The notes: generated by a model from the sequence alone, not told the origin. A DNA stretch of 64,000 bases from Cyanobacteria bacterium P01_D01_bin.156 (GCA_039024555.1 JBCCQQ010000001.1:351979-415978); one strand, 5' to 3'; positions 12,006 to 23,842 are shown, numbered from the stretch's first letter. Program-made: numbers and translations.

Positions 12006-12059
12006 GGTTTGGATAGACTTGTGATTGGCATGTAAGGGCTAAACAAGCGTAGGTAACTT

Positions 12060-12581
12060 ATGGGTGACCAGCAAGATCAGGGCAGTATTCAGTGGCTATC
12101 ACAGTTGCTAGAGCATCAGGGACTAACTACCAGTGTTACTGGTAAGCATGTAGATGATGATTTAGGCGACAGTAGCTTCTGGCTGACCATTGAAGATTCT
12201 GCTTTGACTCAGGCTCAAGTAGAGGGTCTCTTAGGCGACAAAGGTCGTGTCTTAGACGCGATTCAGTATCTTGCCAATACCGTGCTCAATATAGGTCAAG
12301 AATCTACTGACCAACAGTCCTACACGATTGAATTACACGGCTACAGGCAGCAGCGCCAGGATGAACTTAAAGCTATTGCGGAGCAGGCTGCAACCGCTGC
12401 TATTGAAACCGGAGCTGAGCAAGAGTTGGCTGATTTATCATCTGCTGAACGTCGACAGGTGCATACGTTTTTGAAGGCTTACGGTGGTTTAGAAACCTTC
12501 AGTCGTGGCAGAGAGCCTGATCGTCGCTTGGTTGTCCGGGCAATAACCGGTGATGGAACTATTGATGGAGAGGATGAATAG
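12060..12581 (+). CDS. jag: Jag/KhpB family RNA-binding protein (KH + R3H)
   Basis: GRVLDAIQYL, LSSAERRQVH, SRGREPDRRLVV. Confidence 0.9.
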   Translation: MGDQQDQGSIQWLSQLLEHQGLTTSVTGKHVDDDLGDSSFWLTIEDSALTQAQVEGLLGDKGRVLDAIQYLANTVLNIGQESTDQQSYTIELHGYRQQRQDELKAIAEQAATAAIETGAEQELADLSSAERRQVHTFLKAYGGLETFSRGREPDRRLVVRAITGDGTIDGEDE

Positions 12582-12673
12582 ACTGGACTGAAAAGCCACA
12601 CCATCACGCAGCTGCTTTCTTGTCCACACTTGTCATGAACGTTTGCTTCCTTTGATAGGAAGATACAGCCACC

Positions 12674-13183
12674 ATGCAGCGAATCTATATTCCTCATTTA
12701 GTCAAAGATCCGGGGCAAACCCGTACTATTAAAGTCAATGACTATATCAGTGAGTTAGAAACACTCACTCCGGTCAAAGGACACATTCAAATCCAGCATC
12801 GCGGCAATTTTTTGGATGTATCGGCGCAAGCTGAAACGATTACCACGTTGACCTGTCACCGTTGTTTGCAGAATTACAACACCCGGATTCAAGTGGATAC
12901 TTCTGAAATCATCTGGCTGCAAGAACCTCACTCAGAACTCTACGAAGAGGAAGTCGAAGTCAGTTTAGAAGATCTGGTGGAGACGCTCTCTCCCCAGGGA
13001 CATTTTGAGCCTCAGACCTGGCTTTATGAACAGCTATGCTTGGCCATACCCCAGCGTCAGCTCTGTGACCAATCCTGTCAAGGGATCATAAATCCCTTAG
13101 CCAGCGATCTCAATAATGAGAACTCAGGGACAGATCAGCGTTGGGCCGCCCTATCTGCCCTCAAACAACAGCTTTCTGATTGA
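12674..13183 (+). CDS. YceD/DUF177 family protein
   Basis: LTCHRCL, LCDQSCQG, DQRWAAL. Confidence 0.9.
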   Translation: MQRIYIPHLVKDPGQTRTIKVNDYISELETLTPVKGHIQIQHRGNFLDVSAQAETITTLTCHRCLQNYNTRIQVDTSEIIWLQEPHSELYEEEVEVSLEDLVETLSPQGHFEPQTWLYEQLCLAIPQRQLCDQSCQGIINPLASDLNNENSGTDQRWAALSALKQQLSD

Positions 13184-14700
13184 CCATGGCATTTCGTGAG
13201 GAGCTTGGTTTACTGATTCGGGCTCGCTACCCCCTGGTGTATATCCCCACCCGTGAGGAAGAGCGAGCAGAAGATGCGATTACCATGGTCGCTACAAAAA
13301 ACGGTCATCGAGCCGTTTATGTATGGGATTTTGTAGATGGCTATCGAGGGAGTAACCCGAATGATGTAGGAGCCGCTCGCCGTAATCCATTACAAGCGCT
13401 TGAATTTGTTGAAAAACTCTCTGCTAGTACGGCTGCAGTTTTTGTACTACGAGATTTTCATCGGTTTTTAGATGATATTGCAGTGTCTAGAAAGTTGCGT
13501 AATCTGGCACGCAGTCTCAAAGCTCAGCCGAAAAATATCGTTATTCTGTCAGCAGAATTAACCATTCCCGACGAGCTGAGTGAGTTACTCACCGTTTTGG
13601 AGTTTCCACTGCCCAATGTTGATGAAATTCAGCAGGAGGTGGAAACCCTGCTGGGGGCCATGGGTAATTTGCCTAAAACTAAGGCCATGGACGGGTTAGT
13701 GCGCTCATGCCAGGGCCTCTCTATGGAACGGATACGCAGGGTTTTAGCGAGAGGAATTGCCGCCAATGGGACCTTTAACCCCGACGATATTGACTTGATT
13801 TTAGAAGAGAAGCGACAAACGATTCGCCAGACGCAGATTCTGGATTTCTATCCGGCTACTGAAAAGATCTCGGATATTGGTGGACTGGATAATTTAAAGG
13901 ATTGGCTAATCAAACGAGGGGGTTCATTCTCAGAGCGTGCTCGCCAGTATGGGCTTCCCCATCCTCGGGGATTGATGCTGGTAGGTATTCAGGGTACGGG
14001 GAAATCCCTGACGGCAAAAGCCATTGCCCACCATTGGCAACTGCCCCTGCTGCGTTTGGATGTAGGCCGTTTATTTGCGGGTCTAGTGGGAGAATCTGAG
14101 TCCCGCACTCGCCAGATGATTCAACTCTCAGAAGCGCTCGCGCCCTGTGTGTTGTGGATTGATGAAATTGATAAAGCCTTTGCAGGGTTTGAAGGTCGAG
14201 GGGATTCAGGGACTACTAGCCGGGTGTTTGGCACGTTTATCACTTGGCTATCAGAGAAGAAATCTCCGGTTTTCGTAGTGGCGACGGCCAACAATATTGG
14301 TGCGCTACCGCCAGAGTTAGTGCGTCGTGGCCGATTTGATGAGATCTTCTTTGTAGGATTGCCCAGTCAATCGGAACGGGATGCCATCTTTAATGTGCAT
14401 TTAAGTCGTTTGCGGCCTCACAATGTGAAAAGCTACGATACGGGCCGTCTAGCGTACGAAACACCTGATTTTTCTGGCGCTGAAATCGAACAAGCCATTG
14501 TTGAAGCGATGCACATTGGCTTTAGTCAGAATCGTGATTTTACGGTGGATGACATTTTAGAGGCGGCTAGTCAGCTTGTCCCCTTGGCCCGCACAGCAAA
14601 AGACCAGGTGGAAGCACTTCAGGCATGGGCTGCTTCAGGTAGGGCACGGTTGGCCTCACGACAATCTGCTTTAAGCGATCGCATCAAGAAGCTGGACTAG
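13180..14700 (+). CDS. ycf46: Ycf46-like AAA ATPase
   Basis: DIGGLDNLKDWL, Walker A GIQGTGKS, Walker B LWIDEIDK, RRGRFDEIFFV. Confidence 0.9.
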   Translation: MTMAFREELGLLIRARYPLVYIPTREEERAEDAITMVATKNGHRAVYVWDFVDGYRGSNPNDVGAARRNPLQALEFVEKLSASTAAVFVLRDFHRFLDDIAVSRKLRNLARSLKAQPKNIVILSAELTIPDELSELLTVLEFPLPNVDEIQQEVETLLGAMGNLPKTKAMDGLVRSCQGLSMERIRRVLARGIAANGTFNPDDIDLILEEKRQTIRQTQILDFYPATEKISDIGGLDNLKDWLIKRGGSFSERARQYGLPHPRGLMLVGIQGTGKSLTAKAIAHHWQLPLLRLDVGRLFAGLVGESESRTRQMIQLSEALAPCVLWIDEIDKAFAGFEGRGDSGTTSRVFGTFITWLSEKKSPVFVVATANNIGALPPELVRRGRFDEIFFVGLPSQSERDAIFNVHLSRLRPHNVKSYDTGRLAYETPDFSGAEIEQAIVEAMHIGFSQNRDFTVDDILEAASQLVPLARTAKDQVEALQAWAASGRARLASRQSALSDRIKKLD

Positions 14701-14799
14701 GAAATACAGTATTGCTTGTCATTTGAGCTTCCTATGGAAAGAGCGACCCTGTTGCCGTAGCTCAACTAATATTGATACCCCTTTGGTCAAAATATACCC

Positions 14800-15090
14800 A
14801 TGGCATCTGAAGATAAAAGGCTGCTCGAGTCCTTTTACATTAAATTTTTGAGTACTGATAGCAGCTGGGTTAACTCGATATATATCAAAGCTATAGGCGG
14901 TACAGTGGCTGGCGCTCTTCTAGTATCAATTCCGCTGTTCTACTCAGAGATTGAATCCGTAGAACAGCTCTCTGCTATGCAGCTATGCCTCATTTTTCTA
15001 GTCATGGAAGCCTGTATCCTATTGACGGTCACACTAGGCGATAAGTTTGTGGATGAGATCGCAAAAGCCTTGGACAATGTCCATTTATAG
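14800..15090 (+). CDS. Small hypothetical membrane protein (2 TM)
   Basis: 96-aa ORF with two hydrophobic segments. Confidence 0.55.
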   Translation: MASEDKRLLESFYIKFLSTDSSWVNSIYIKAIGGTVAGALLVSIPLFYSEIESVEQLSAMQLCLIFLVMEACILLTVTLGDKFVDEIAKALDNVHL

Positions 15091-15108
15091 CCAGAAGCTA
15101 TGCCGTGA

Positions 15109-15152
15109 TAAAAATTCATGTGTGAGGAATCGTTCCTCACACATGAATTTTT
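15109..15152. terminator. Bidirectional terminator between convergent genes
   Basis: AAAAATTCATGTGTGAGGAA-TCG-TTCCTCACACATGAATTTTT perfect inverted repeat. Confidence 0.8.
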
Positions 15153-15180
15153 TACCTACACCACCTATACGAAGTGAGCT

Positions 15181-16353
15181 TTAGGCTTCCTGCTCTAGTT
15201 CTGCAGCTTTGACCGTAATCGTTTGGGCCTGATCCCCCCGACGTAGATTCAAGCGTAAACGCTGGCCAATCTTAGCCTGATCCACGTAGGACTGCAGCTG
15301 ATTTGAAGTTTCCAAGGATTGCTCGTCAATCCGAGTAATCACATCTCCACGGCGCAACCCTGCAGCAGCAGCGGGAGTATCTGGCAGCACCCGAATCACT
15401 AGCACGCCCTTCACCTCAGGAATCAGCATGCTGGAGTTAGGATCTTCATTATTGCGTTTCGCAATCTCGGGCGTTAAATCTGCAATTTGCACACCCAGGT
15501 AGGGATGGGCGATACGCTCACCTCGGGCTAACTGAGCCTGGATAGATTTTGCTTTATTAATAGGAATTGCAAACCCAATCCCCATGGCATCGGCCCGGAT
15601 TGCGGTATTAATACCAATCACGTCACCTTTACTATTCAACAAAGGACCGCCAGAATTACCAGGATTAATAGCCGCATCTGTTTGGATAAAGTCGAGACGC
15701 TTATTGGGAATCCCTACCGTAGCGCTGGACCGTTTTAGGGTACTAACAATACCCAAGGTTACCGTATTATCCAGACCGAGAGGATTACCCACTGCGATCG
15801 CCCAGTCACCCACATCCACAGTGTCTGAATCGCCCAACGTGGCAACGGGTAAATCTTCTGCCTTAGCATCAATCTTGACAACAGCCAAATCAGTCAACTC
15901 GTCTGCTCCCTCAACGGTGCCTTCAAAATTGCGACCATCCTTAAGGGTGACAGTCACCCGATCCGCTTCAGCCACCACATGGGCGTTGGTCAAAATGTAA
16001 CCGTTACCATCGACGATAAAGCCAGACCCTTGACCGCTCAGCCTCTCCTGTTGAGGAATACGCTGGAATGTATCGGGGCCAAAGAATCCTCTAAACAATG
16101 GATCGTCATAGAACATGTCAGGCACATTGCGGGTGATAGTGCGTTCCGTGTCAATGCGCACCACAGCATCTCCCACCTGCCGGACCGCGACCGCTACAAA
16201 ACTTTCGCTAGAGAGTTCAGCTGCTTCAGCCGGTGCTTGGGTTAATGCTTCTACCGGTTGCATTCCCGAGAAGAAAAATAGCAAAAGTGCCGAGAGGCAA
16301 GTCAGCAACCATCGGCTCAAGCGGTTCGCTGTAGACAGATCGAAAGGCTTCAT
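15181..16353 (-). CDS. HhoA/HhoB/HtrA family serine protease (trypsin + PDZ)
   Basis: [35 protein letters not shown] and PDZ domain. Confidence 0.95.
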   Translation of the reverse strand: MKPFDLSTANRLSRWLLTCLSALLLFFFSGMQPVEALTQAPAEAAELSSESFVAVAVRQVGDAVVRIDTERTITRNVPDMFYDDPLFRGFFGPDTFQRIPQQERLSGQGSGFIVDGNGYILTNAHVVAEADRVTVTLKDGRNFEGTVEGADELTDLAVVKIDAKAEDLPVATLGDSDTVDVGDWAIAVGNPLGLDNTVTLGIVSTLKRSSATVGIPNKRLDFIQTDAAINPGNSGGPLLNSKGDVIGINTAIRADAMGIGFAIPINKAKSIQAQLARGERIAHPYLGVQIADLTPEIAKRNNEDPNSSMLIPEVKGVLVIRVLPDTPAAAAGLRRGDVITRIDEQSLETSNQLQSYVDQAKIGQRLRLNLRRGDQAQTITVKAAELEQEA

Positions 16354-16544
16354 AAGGCGTTCTCTGAGACAGTATTAGTCCTATTTTCAAAAATCTGTGG
16401 CATTCTTGATCATGCCCAGAAGAACCAACATAAAAATTTTGTTCTATTGTGGCAGGTTCGTTTCCAATCGTGGGCGGTAACCCACCCTGGAAATCATCAC
16501 CCATGGTTCAGGAGGGTATAGCAAACAGTTATGGGTGAGAGAGC

Positions 16545-16970
16545 ATGGCAGGCAGACGTAAAGTAATACTGCTATTGAGCATGGGGAGTTTTCTTTCCCT
16601 GACGAACTGTCAAGCTCTGCCCTCATTATTTGAACCCAGCTATGAATCGCAGCTGGCTGAGCATCTAGCAACCATAGGCGCAAAAATGTACGGTGCCTAC
16701 TGGTGTCCGCACTGTGCTAGACAACGGCAGCTTTTTGGTGATGCAGCCATACTTGTACCCTACGTAGAGTGCGATAGTCGTGGGGTTAACCCCCAGGTAA
16801 CTTTGTGTAATACAGTAGGCATCACTGCCTATCCTACCTGGGAAATTGGTAGTGGTTTTTATCTGGGGACCCAGTCCCTAAGGCAACTGGCTCAGCTATC
16901 AGGGTTTACTCCACCCAGTGAATCAGCGAGTAGGTCGGATAGCTGGGGGAGTTTTAGTCCAGCTCTGTAG
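16545..16970 (+). CDS. Thioredoxin-like protein, probably exported
   Basis: MYGAYWCPHC, YVEC, YPTW. Confidence 0.8.
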   Translation: MAGRRKVILLLSMGSFLSLTNCQALPSLFEPSYESQLAEHLATIGAKMYGAYWCPHCARQRQLFGDAAILVPYVECDSRGVNPQVTLCNTVGITAYPTWEIGSGFYLGTQSLRQLAQLSGFTPPSESASRSDSWGSFSPAL

Positions 16971-17091
16971 CTATAGATTAGAGACCAGACCTGATTGGGG
17001 TGAGATGCTCAAACTGCTTTAGAATGTAACTGAAGAATAATTTTATAAGACCTCCACTACGGAGGTATGTATAGGAGGATAACGAAGCACC

Positions 17092-17196
17092 ATGGGTGGA
17101 GAAATTTTTTCGGTTGCAGTCACCATGTTTGTCATCGTCATGGTTGGCTTGGGTGTTGGTTTTCTAATGCTGAAGCTCCAGGGTGCTGAAGAGTAA
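17092..17196 (+). CDS. petM: Cytochrome b6f subunit PetM (missing from ORF track)
   Basis: Hand translation MGGEIFSVAVTMFVIVMVGLGVGFLMLKLQGAEE*; AGGAGG upstream; adjacent to ycf39. Confidence 0.92.
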   Translation: MGGEIFSVAVTMFVIVMVGLGVGFLMLKLQGAEE

Positions 17197-17404
17197 CTTG
17201 TCACATTAGGCTTAATGTTCATAAAACAGACAAAGCCTGAGAAGTTAGTGTAATTTTTCTCAAAGTTATTCAGCTATTCGTTCTCAAAGCGGGGCTCGCA
17301 ACATGCGACTGGCCCCGTTTTTGCTTAATGTGCCATCGGCGGTTTTCGAACGATGCAGCGTCTGTTAAGCTTAGTAAAGCGTTAAGTTTTGTTTAGAGTC
17401 CAAC

Positions 17405-18361
17405 ATGAGCATATTGGTGGTTGGTGCAACGGGCACGCTAGGTCGTCAGATTGTACGCAATGCGTTAGATGAAGGATTTGACGTTAAGTGTCTTGTTCGT
17501 AACTTCCAAAAAGCGGCCTTTCTTAGGGAGTGGGGAGCCCAGCTAGTGCAGGCCAATATTTGCGGCCCTAAGTCTTTGCCTCCCTGCTTTGAAGATGTGA
17601 CAGCGGTTATTGATGCAGCAACTGCTCGTCCCCAAGATTCTGTTTACGATGTGGACTGGGATGGCAAAGTTAATCTAATCAAAGCCGCTCTCGAGGCCAA
17701 TGTGGAGCGCTACGTATTTATCTCCATCCTTAACTGCGAGAAATACTCCCATGTGCCCCTGATGGATGTGAAGCACTGTACGGAGCAGTTTTTAGAAGAG
17801 TCAGGTATCAACTACACCATTTTGCGTCCCTGTGGTTTTTTGCAGGGTTTAATTGGCCAGTATGCTATTCCGGTACTAGAGAAGCAGGCCATCTGGGTCA
17901 TGGGTGAAGCAGCTCCCATTGCCTACATGAACACCCAAGACATTGCTCGATTTGCCGTACGTTCACTGAAAGTCCCTGAAACCAATAAGCGTTCTTTTCC
18001 CCTAGCCGGTACCCGAGCTTGGGGTGGGTATGAACTGGTGCGTTTATGTGAGCGTTTGTCAGGGGAGGACGCTAAGGTATCAACCATGTCCCTAGGACTC
18101 CTGCGCGGTGTGCGTAACTTTGCTAACTTCTTTCAGTGGGGCTGGCAGTTTGCTGATCGCCTAGCCTTTGCAGAGGTCAGTGCTGGAAGTGACCCCCTGG
18201 ATGCGGAAATGGACGAAGTTTACAGCACCTTTGGCCTAGACAAAGCTGACATAACGACTGTGGAAGAGTATTTGGGTGAATACTTCAATCGCATTCTGAA
18301 GAAGCTCAAGGAGCTTGACTTTGAAAGCGGTCGTGAAAGCAAGAAGAAACTACCGTTTTAG
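17405..18361 (+). CDS. ycf39: Ycf39-like atypical SDR/NmrA protein (PSII assembly)
   Basis: LVVGATGTLGRQI, AAFLREWGA, VPLMDVK. Confidence 0.88.
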   Translation: MSILVVGATGTLGRQIVRNALDEGFDVKCLVRNFQKAAFLREWGAQLVQANICGPKSLPPCFEDVTAVIDAATARPQDSVYDVDWDGKVNLIKAALEANVERYVFISILNCEKYSHVPLMDVKHCTEQFLEESGINYTILRPCGFLQGLIGQYAIPVLEKQAIWVMGEAAPIAYMNTQDIARFAVRSLKVPETNKRSFPLAGTRAWGGYELVRLCERLSGEDAKVSTMSLGLLRGVRNFANFFQWGWQFADRLAFAEVSAGSDPLDAEMDEVYSTFGLDKADITTVEEYLGEYFNRILKKLKELDFESGRESKKKLPF

Positions 18362-18717
18362 AGTTTTGACTGAGTTAGCGGCATCGCTGATACTCAGTCT
18401 GACCGGGATAGCCATATGAATAGTGGAGGATTTGTCAGAGCACTCAAGTATAGGTTTCCTACTAAATTGCGCTAGGTCAACGAATTTTGGCCAGGCCCCA
18501 GAACCAGTCACTCAGGGCTCTTCCAACTTTCACTAAAATCCTATGGGCAGAACAAACCGCCACCTTATGCCCATAGGGCAGGGAGCGTTTCAGGTAGAAA
18601 AGCCCTGAGCAATCCTTTTTTTCATGTGCCAATCATATCAAGTAGGCTTGATGGAGATTGCTTCCAGCTACCAACTGTGGCTTGGAGTTCTGATTGTCCA
18701 GGTTTACACAATTATGT

Positions 18718-20214
18718 CTACACAATTGGATAATTTGCTGTTTCAATCGGTAAAAAAACCATCCAAGTAACCCCACCAGGTCGTTCCCTCACGGTTAACT
18801 TAGCCCCCAGCGCCGTAAACAGAGCTTTGGTCGTTTGCAAGTTGAGACTCAATCCCCCCGTATCTGGTTGAAACATGAGCAATTTACCCAGGGCTTTGAG
18901 GGTGGGTCGATGTTGTTCGTAGGTAGAATTCACATCTGCCTGAAACTCAAGCTTTAGCTGATCACCAGCGGCCATTACATGGAGTTGAATTTCTCCCTTA
19001 GGGGCAACACTGTGAGTAAATAGCTCGACTAACCCCGTCAAGACTTGTTCTAGTAACGTGGGGTCGCTGGCCACCATGGGTAAGTCTTTGGGGAGTATGA
19101 CCTTGATGTTCAGATTTCTGCGCGTAGCAGCCTGTTCCCATTTGGGAATCGCCAATTGAATAATTTCGGTGAGAGCAGTCGCCGTCAGAGCAGAACGTGG
19201 ACCTTTATGGGCAGCCGCTTCTAGCTCAGCTGCCTTAAAAATTAAGTTAAAACGGTCAATTTGTTGTGTACAAGCATTATCAATTTGTTGAAGCCGCTGT
19301 TTTGCCTTTTCCACCAAATCTTTGCGGCGAATAAGGGAACGGGTGAGAGTTCGAATAGTGGTTAAGGGCGTACGAATTTCATGAGCCATTGCCTTAAGCA
19401 ATTCAGTATCGAGGCCATGGGCTTCACCCCCACCGTTGTTAATAACTTGACTGGGAGAAACGATACGCTCGATAACTGTACTGGGTTTTGGTACGGGTAA
19501 TGAGGACAGCATCCAGCGGCTAAACTGGCTGACAATACGATAATCCGGAGCCAGAGGGGCAAACATTTCCACCAGTGGATCGATAAAGTCAAGTTGTTTA
19601 GGATTGGTTAGCAGTATCCGAGAGCGCAACAGCTGCCAAACCTGGGTAATAACAGCGGGTGTAAACGAAAATTGAAATCGGAGCTCATCATCCGCATCCC
19701 GACCCAAGACAAGGACGAGGCTAAATCGTTCGGTCAATAGTAAACAAAATTGCTCTCCGGATAGAGGGTCTCCCCCAATCAGCGGCAATACGCGAGCTGC
19801 TGTGGTGTTGATGGGCGGTTTCTCATCCGCTGGCATCAGCTGGGAAAAGGCTTGGGAAAACTGGTCCAGCGGTGGTGGAATAAAGACCCAGTTAGACAAC
19901 CGAATAGTTAATTCAGGAGACTCTACCACTGGGAAAGGGCCACTCAGCAGTAGACCAGTCGGCTCGGTTACAGTTCGGTGCGATCGCTTAGACCGACGGG
20001 AACAGCCTGTGGGCTGGGGCATTGTTTGGTGGAGCAAATGACTCAGAGACGTGACTGCCCCTTGCCACTCCGCTTCGGCGCGCTCTGCCTGATACTTTTG
20101 ATGGGATTCTCCATCAGCAATATCAGAGTTCAGAATATTCCAGTCCGTCGCCTCGGCCCCAAGTTCTCCTAAGGCAACCAAACTACTAATTGTGGGTAAA
20201 AACTGCTCCACCAT
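18718..20214 (-). CDS. hik2: Sensor histidine kinase, Hik2/CSK-like
   Basis: MAHEIRTPLTTIRTLTR H-box; degenerate HATPase tail LMFQPDTGGLSLNL. Confidence 0.75.
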   Translation of the reverse strand: MVEQFLPTISSLVALGELGAEATDWNILNSDIADGESHQKYQAERAEAEWQGAVTSLSHLLHQTMPQPTGCSRRSKRSHRTVTEPTGLLLSGPFPVVESPELTIRLSNWVFIPPPLDQFSQAFSQLMPADEKPPINTTAARVLPLIGGDPLSGEQFCLLLTERFSLVLVLGRDADDELRFQFSFTPAVITQVWQLLRSRILLTNPKQLDFIDPLVEMFAPLAPDYRIVSQFSRWMLSSLPVPKPSTVIERIVSPSQVINNGGGEAHGLDTELLKAMAHEIRTPLTTIRTLTRSLIRRKDLVEKAKQRLQQIDNACTQQIDRFNLIFKAAELEAAAHKGPRSALTATALTEIIQLAIPKWEQAATRRNLNIKVILPKDLPMVASDPTLLEQVLTGLVELFTHSVAPKGEIQLHVMAAGDQLKLEFQADVNSTYEQHRPTLKALGKLLMFQPDTGGLSLNLQTTKALFTALGAKLTVRERPGGVTWMVFLPIETANYPIV

Positions 20215-20484
20215 GGCCCCTAGATGTCTTGAGTTAGTGTTACCACGTATCAGTCGCTGGTGCTAAATGGCACAAACAATCGGTCTAACCATTGCTTTGC
20301 CCCAGTAACGCATCTATATAGAGACTACTGGTAACACTCCTACTCTGGCTATGGTGTAGAACCGAACGTTGCTAGGCTAAGTTCGCTCTACAAGACTGTC
20401 CGCTGGCTGAATTTGCAGGCCCATAAAAAGACTGGTAAGCGCCATAGCACCTACCAGTCAGAGTAATAAGTTTTACCAGCTAGA

Positions 20485-20817
20485 CTAGCCAAACCATGTA
20501 GACGGAATTAATGCTTCAGCGGCAGTAGGCTGGGTCGATAATTTTTGAATACCCTGATGCACTAGCTGGCGCATTTGCTGATGTTGCTCAGCAGAATAAC
20601 AACTTTTAGGAAGGTCTAGTGAACAGGCACTATCTGTAACCGTCATGTAGCGTGCAGGTAAGCGACTAAGCACAAAGGTGGCTAGCCGATCTCTAGAATC
20701 TTCACTATTGATAATCTCCTGTTCCATGCTTCCATTGGCCAACACATCATCAATAATTTCGTTGACGACGGGTAGGGCAATGTTGATGATACTGTTGGCC
20801 ATGGTGATGATCTCCAA
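20485..20817 (-). CDS. ComFB-like (late competence development) family protein
   Basis: INIALPVVNEII...FVLSRLPARY pattern. Confidence 0.55.
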   Translation of the reverse strand: MEIITMANSIINIALPVVNEIIDDVLANGSMEQEIINSEDSRDRLATFVLSRLPARYMTVTDSACSLDLPKSCYSAEQHQQMRQLVHQGIQKLSTQPTAAEALIPSTWFG

Positions 20818-21162
20818 TATTAGGCGATGTGAATAGTTATTTTCGTTGTCCTTATGGTGTAGAGCAGCTTAATTTAAGCGTTCTGAAGTCTTAAACACTT
20901 AAATTTTCCTTGCCAAAATATAAGAACAAAAAAGGACTAAAAAGATACATCAAACACCTAGGTATCTCTTTAGATGCAAATCGGGGATCGCTTTTATTTT
21001 AATGCTCCCCTCTTAAACTATTGCCATTTTTCACGACGATCAAACACGATCAACTCATCTTTAAGGAACACTAAATATTTGTGTCAAAGGTAAAGTTGAA
21101 TGTGAGCACTTTAATAAATAGTGATTAACATCCACCAAAAACTTTTGATTTTATAGTTTGGT

Positions 21163-21711
21163 GTGGGCATATTTAGTAACTTGATAGCAATGCAACTGTT
21201 AATTTGCCCTGGGTATCACTCTACCGATTTAACCAACTCATTTGTGCGTTGTTTGCAGCGTCAGATTTCACCTCATCACATATGGCTTTGGCCATCTGGG
21301 CAAATGTGGGATGTTAACTCATCCTGTTTTTTGTACAAGAGGGAGCGAAAACCGGAACAAAATACTTTGCTGCAGATTATTGCCTTTAGTGCTGGTGTCG
21401 TTGTGGCCTATCCCATAGCCATGTTCTGGCAACGCCTAGGGGGGCAAGTGCGTTTGTTAGCGCTGGATGGGTGGGGGATGCCCTTGATAGGCAATCTTGA
21501 AATTTATCGTATGAGCCACGACCTATGGACCCATAGGACAACATACTTGCCAGCGCCCACAGAAAGTAACGGTTTTTTCTATGCCACGCCGACAGTTGAG
21601 CACTTATCTCTTTGGCAATCACCCCATGCAACCATTGGGATGGGAGCCATTAACGGCAGTGAACAAGCAATGACCGCTTTAGATTTTATTACAGCGGTTT
21701 TAAACAGCTGA
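21163..21711 (+). CDS. Conserved cyanobacterial hypothetical protein (alpha/beta-hydrolase-like); start may be 21190
   Basis: ICPGYH, IAFSAGVV, ALDGWGMPL, SHD motifs. Confidence 0.65.
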   Translation: MGIFSNLIAMQLLICPGYHSTDLTNSFVRCLQRQISPHHIWLWPSGQMWDVNSSCFLYKRERKPEQNTLLQIIAFSAGVVVAYPIAMFWQRLGGQVRLLALDGWGMPLIGNLEIYRMSHDLWTHRTTYLPAPTESNGFFYATPTVEHLSLWQSPHATIGMGAINGSEQAMTALDFITAVLNS

Positions 21712-21992
21712 GCATGACTACGGTTCCATCCAAATCTGCTACTAAATAGAAACGTGTCATGGATAGATGACGAAATTCATAACTTTTGTCTATGAAAATA
21801 AAAAAATACGGGAATTTTGAAGGCAGATATCTACTCTAAGACCTGGCTATAGCAGCCTGTTTTAGGCAATCAGCTTGAGCCTGCGAGAAAACCGGATTTC
21901 TTAAAGTTTGTCCAATCCTTTAGTGTCTAATTGTAAAATAGACGACTATTATCACGGTTTCCGTTTCCCGACCTGTCTCATTCATCACTGCT

Positions 21993-23840
21993 ATGACTTC
22001 AACGTCTGTAAAGCCTGCGGCTAAGGCAAACTTGGCTCTTCAACGAGCGACCGGTGCGTTTGCGTTAATTGACAGCCTGGTGCGCCACGGTGTTCAGCAT
22101 GTGTTTGGCTATCCTGGAGGGGCGATTCTGCCGGTTTATGACGAGCTATATAAGGCAGAAGAGCGGGGAGATATTGAGCACATTTTGGTGCGCCACGAAC
22201 AAGCGGCATCCCATGCAGCGGATGGCTATGCTCGCGCCACTGGAAAAGTAGGCGTGTGTATTGCCACCTCTGGTCCGGGTGCCACTAACTTAGTAACAGG
22301 CATTGCGACGGCCCAGATGGATTCAGTGCCAATGGTGGCCATTACAGGTCAGGTAACCCGCAAAGCTATTGGCAGTGATGCCTTTCAGGAAACCGATATA
22401 TTTGGCATCACCCTACCTATTGTGAAACACTCCTATGTGGTGCGGGACCCACGACACATGGCTGAAATTGTGGCCGAGGCGTTTTACATTGCCCAGTCTG
22501 GTCGCCCCGGTCCAGTGTTGATTGATGTCCCTAAGGATGTGGGTCTAGAAGAGTTTGACTACTTGCCAGTAGAGCCCCAGTCCATTGCAATTCCTGGGTA
22601 TAAGCCCACCACTAAGGGGAATCCTCGTCAGATTGTTAATGCGATCGCACTCCTGCAGCAGGCTAAAAAGCCGTTACTTTACGTTGGTGGTGGCGCCGTT
22701 ATTTCCGGTGCCCATGCTGAAATCGCTCAACTGGCTGAGCATTTCCAAATCCCAGTGACTAACACTCTGATGGGTAAGGGAGCCTTTGACGAACAGAATT
22801 CTCTTTCCGTTGGCATGTTAGGGATGCATGGTACCGCCTACGCTAACTTTGCCGTCAGTGAATGTGATCTATTGGTAGCGATTGGAGCACGATTTGATGA
22901 TCGGGTAGCCAGTAATTTGGAGCTATTTGCCCAGCACGCTCGGGTCATTCACATTGATATCGACCCAGCAGAAGTGGGCAAGTGTAAAGTACCTGATGTG
23001 CCCATCGTGGGCGATGTCAAAACTGTATTGACTGAGCTACTAACGCGTCTGGGTGCCCCTACTGACCCAGCTCAGACCGGTGCATGGCGTGCTCGCATTG
23101 ACCAGTGGAAAACAGACTACCCTTTAAGGGTGCCTACTTACAGCGATAAGCTATCGCCACAGCAGGTAATTGCAGAAGTAGGCCGTCATGCCCCCGATGC
23201 CTTTTACACCACGGATGTAGGACAGCATCAAATGTGGGCAGCTCAGTTTTTGCAAAATGGTCCCCGTAAGTGGATTTCGAGTGCGGGACTTGGCACCATG
23301 GGCTACGGTTTGCCTGCCGCCATGGGCGCTCAGATGGGTGTAGGTGATAACCAAGTGATTTGTATCAGCGGCGATGCCAGTTTCCAAATGAACCTGCAGG
23401 AGCTGGCCACCCTAGCCCAGTACAACATAAAGGTAAAAACTGTCATCGTTAATAACGGTTGGCAAGGGATGGTTCGTCAGTGGCAACAAGGGTTCTATGG
23501 TGAGCGCTATGCGTCTTCTAATATGGAAGTGGGCATGCCGGACTTTGAAAAGCTGGCAGAGGCATTTGGAGTGAAAGGTGTTGTTGTCAAGGAGCCAGGG
23601 CAGTTAGATCAGGCAATTGCTGAGATGGTAGCCCATGATGGTCCCGTATTGTTGGATGTGTGGGTGCGTCGGGATGAGAATTGTTATCCTATGGTGCCAC
23701 CCGGCAACAACAACTCTCAGATGGTTGGTTTGCCAGAACCTGCAACCAAGCGTCCGGTAGAGGTGATTCATTGCAGCAACTGTGGCGCAGATAACAAAGC
23801 GAGCCACAAGTTTTGTTCTGAGTGTGGGACGAAATTATAG
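21993..23840 (+). CDS. ilvB: Acetolactate synthase large subunit with C-terminal zinc ribbon
   Basis: [34 protein letters not shown]; CxxC...CxxC tail. Confidence 0.97.
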   Translation: MTSTSVKPAAKANLALQRATGAFALIDSLVRHGVQHVFGYPGGAILPVYDELYKAEERGDIEHILVRHEQAASHAADGYARATGKVGVCIATSGPGATNLVTGIATAQMDSVPMVAITGQVTRKAIGSDAFQETDIFGITLPIVKHSYVVRDPRHMAEIVAEAFYIAQSGRPGPVLIDVPKDVGLEEFDYLPVEPQSIAIPGYKPTTKGNPRQIVNAIALLQQAKKPLLYVGGGAVISGAHAEIAQLAEHFQIPVTNTLMGKGAFDEQNSLSVGMLGMHGTAYANFAVSECDLLVAIGARFDDRVASNLELFAQHARVIHIDIDPAEVGKCKVPDVPIVGDVKTVLTELLTRLGAPTDPAQTGAWRARIDQWKTDYPLRVPTYSDKLSPQQVIAEVGRHAPDAFYTTDVGQHQMWAAQFLQNGPRKWISSAGLGTMGYGLPAAMGAQMGVGDNQVICISGDASFQMNLQELATLAQYNIKVKTVIVNNGWQGMVRQWQQGFYGERYASSNMEVGMPDFEKLAEAFGVKGVVVKEPGQLDQAIAEMVAHDGPVLLDVWVRRDENCYPMVPPGNNNSQMVGLPEPATKRPVEVIHCSNCGADNKASHKFCSECGTKL

Positions 23841-23842
23841 GT

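Noticed and set aside
23770..23840. Zinc-ribbon tail on IlvB as a novel fusion
   Set aside because: To my knowledge common in cyanobacterial IlvB.
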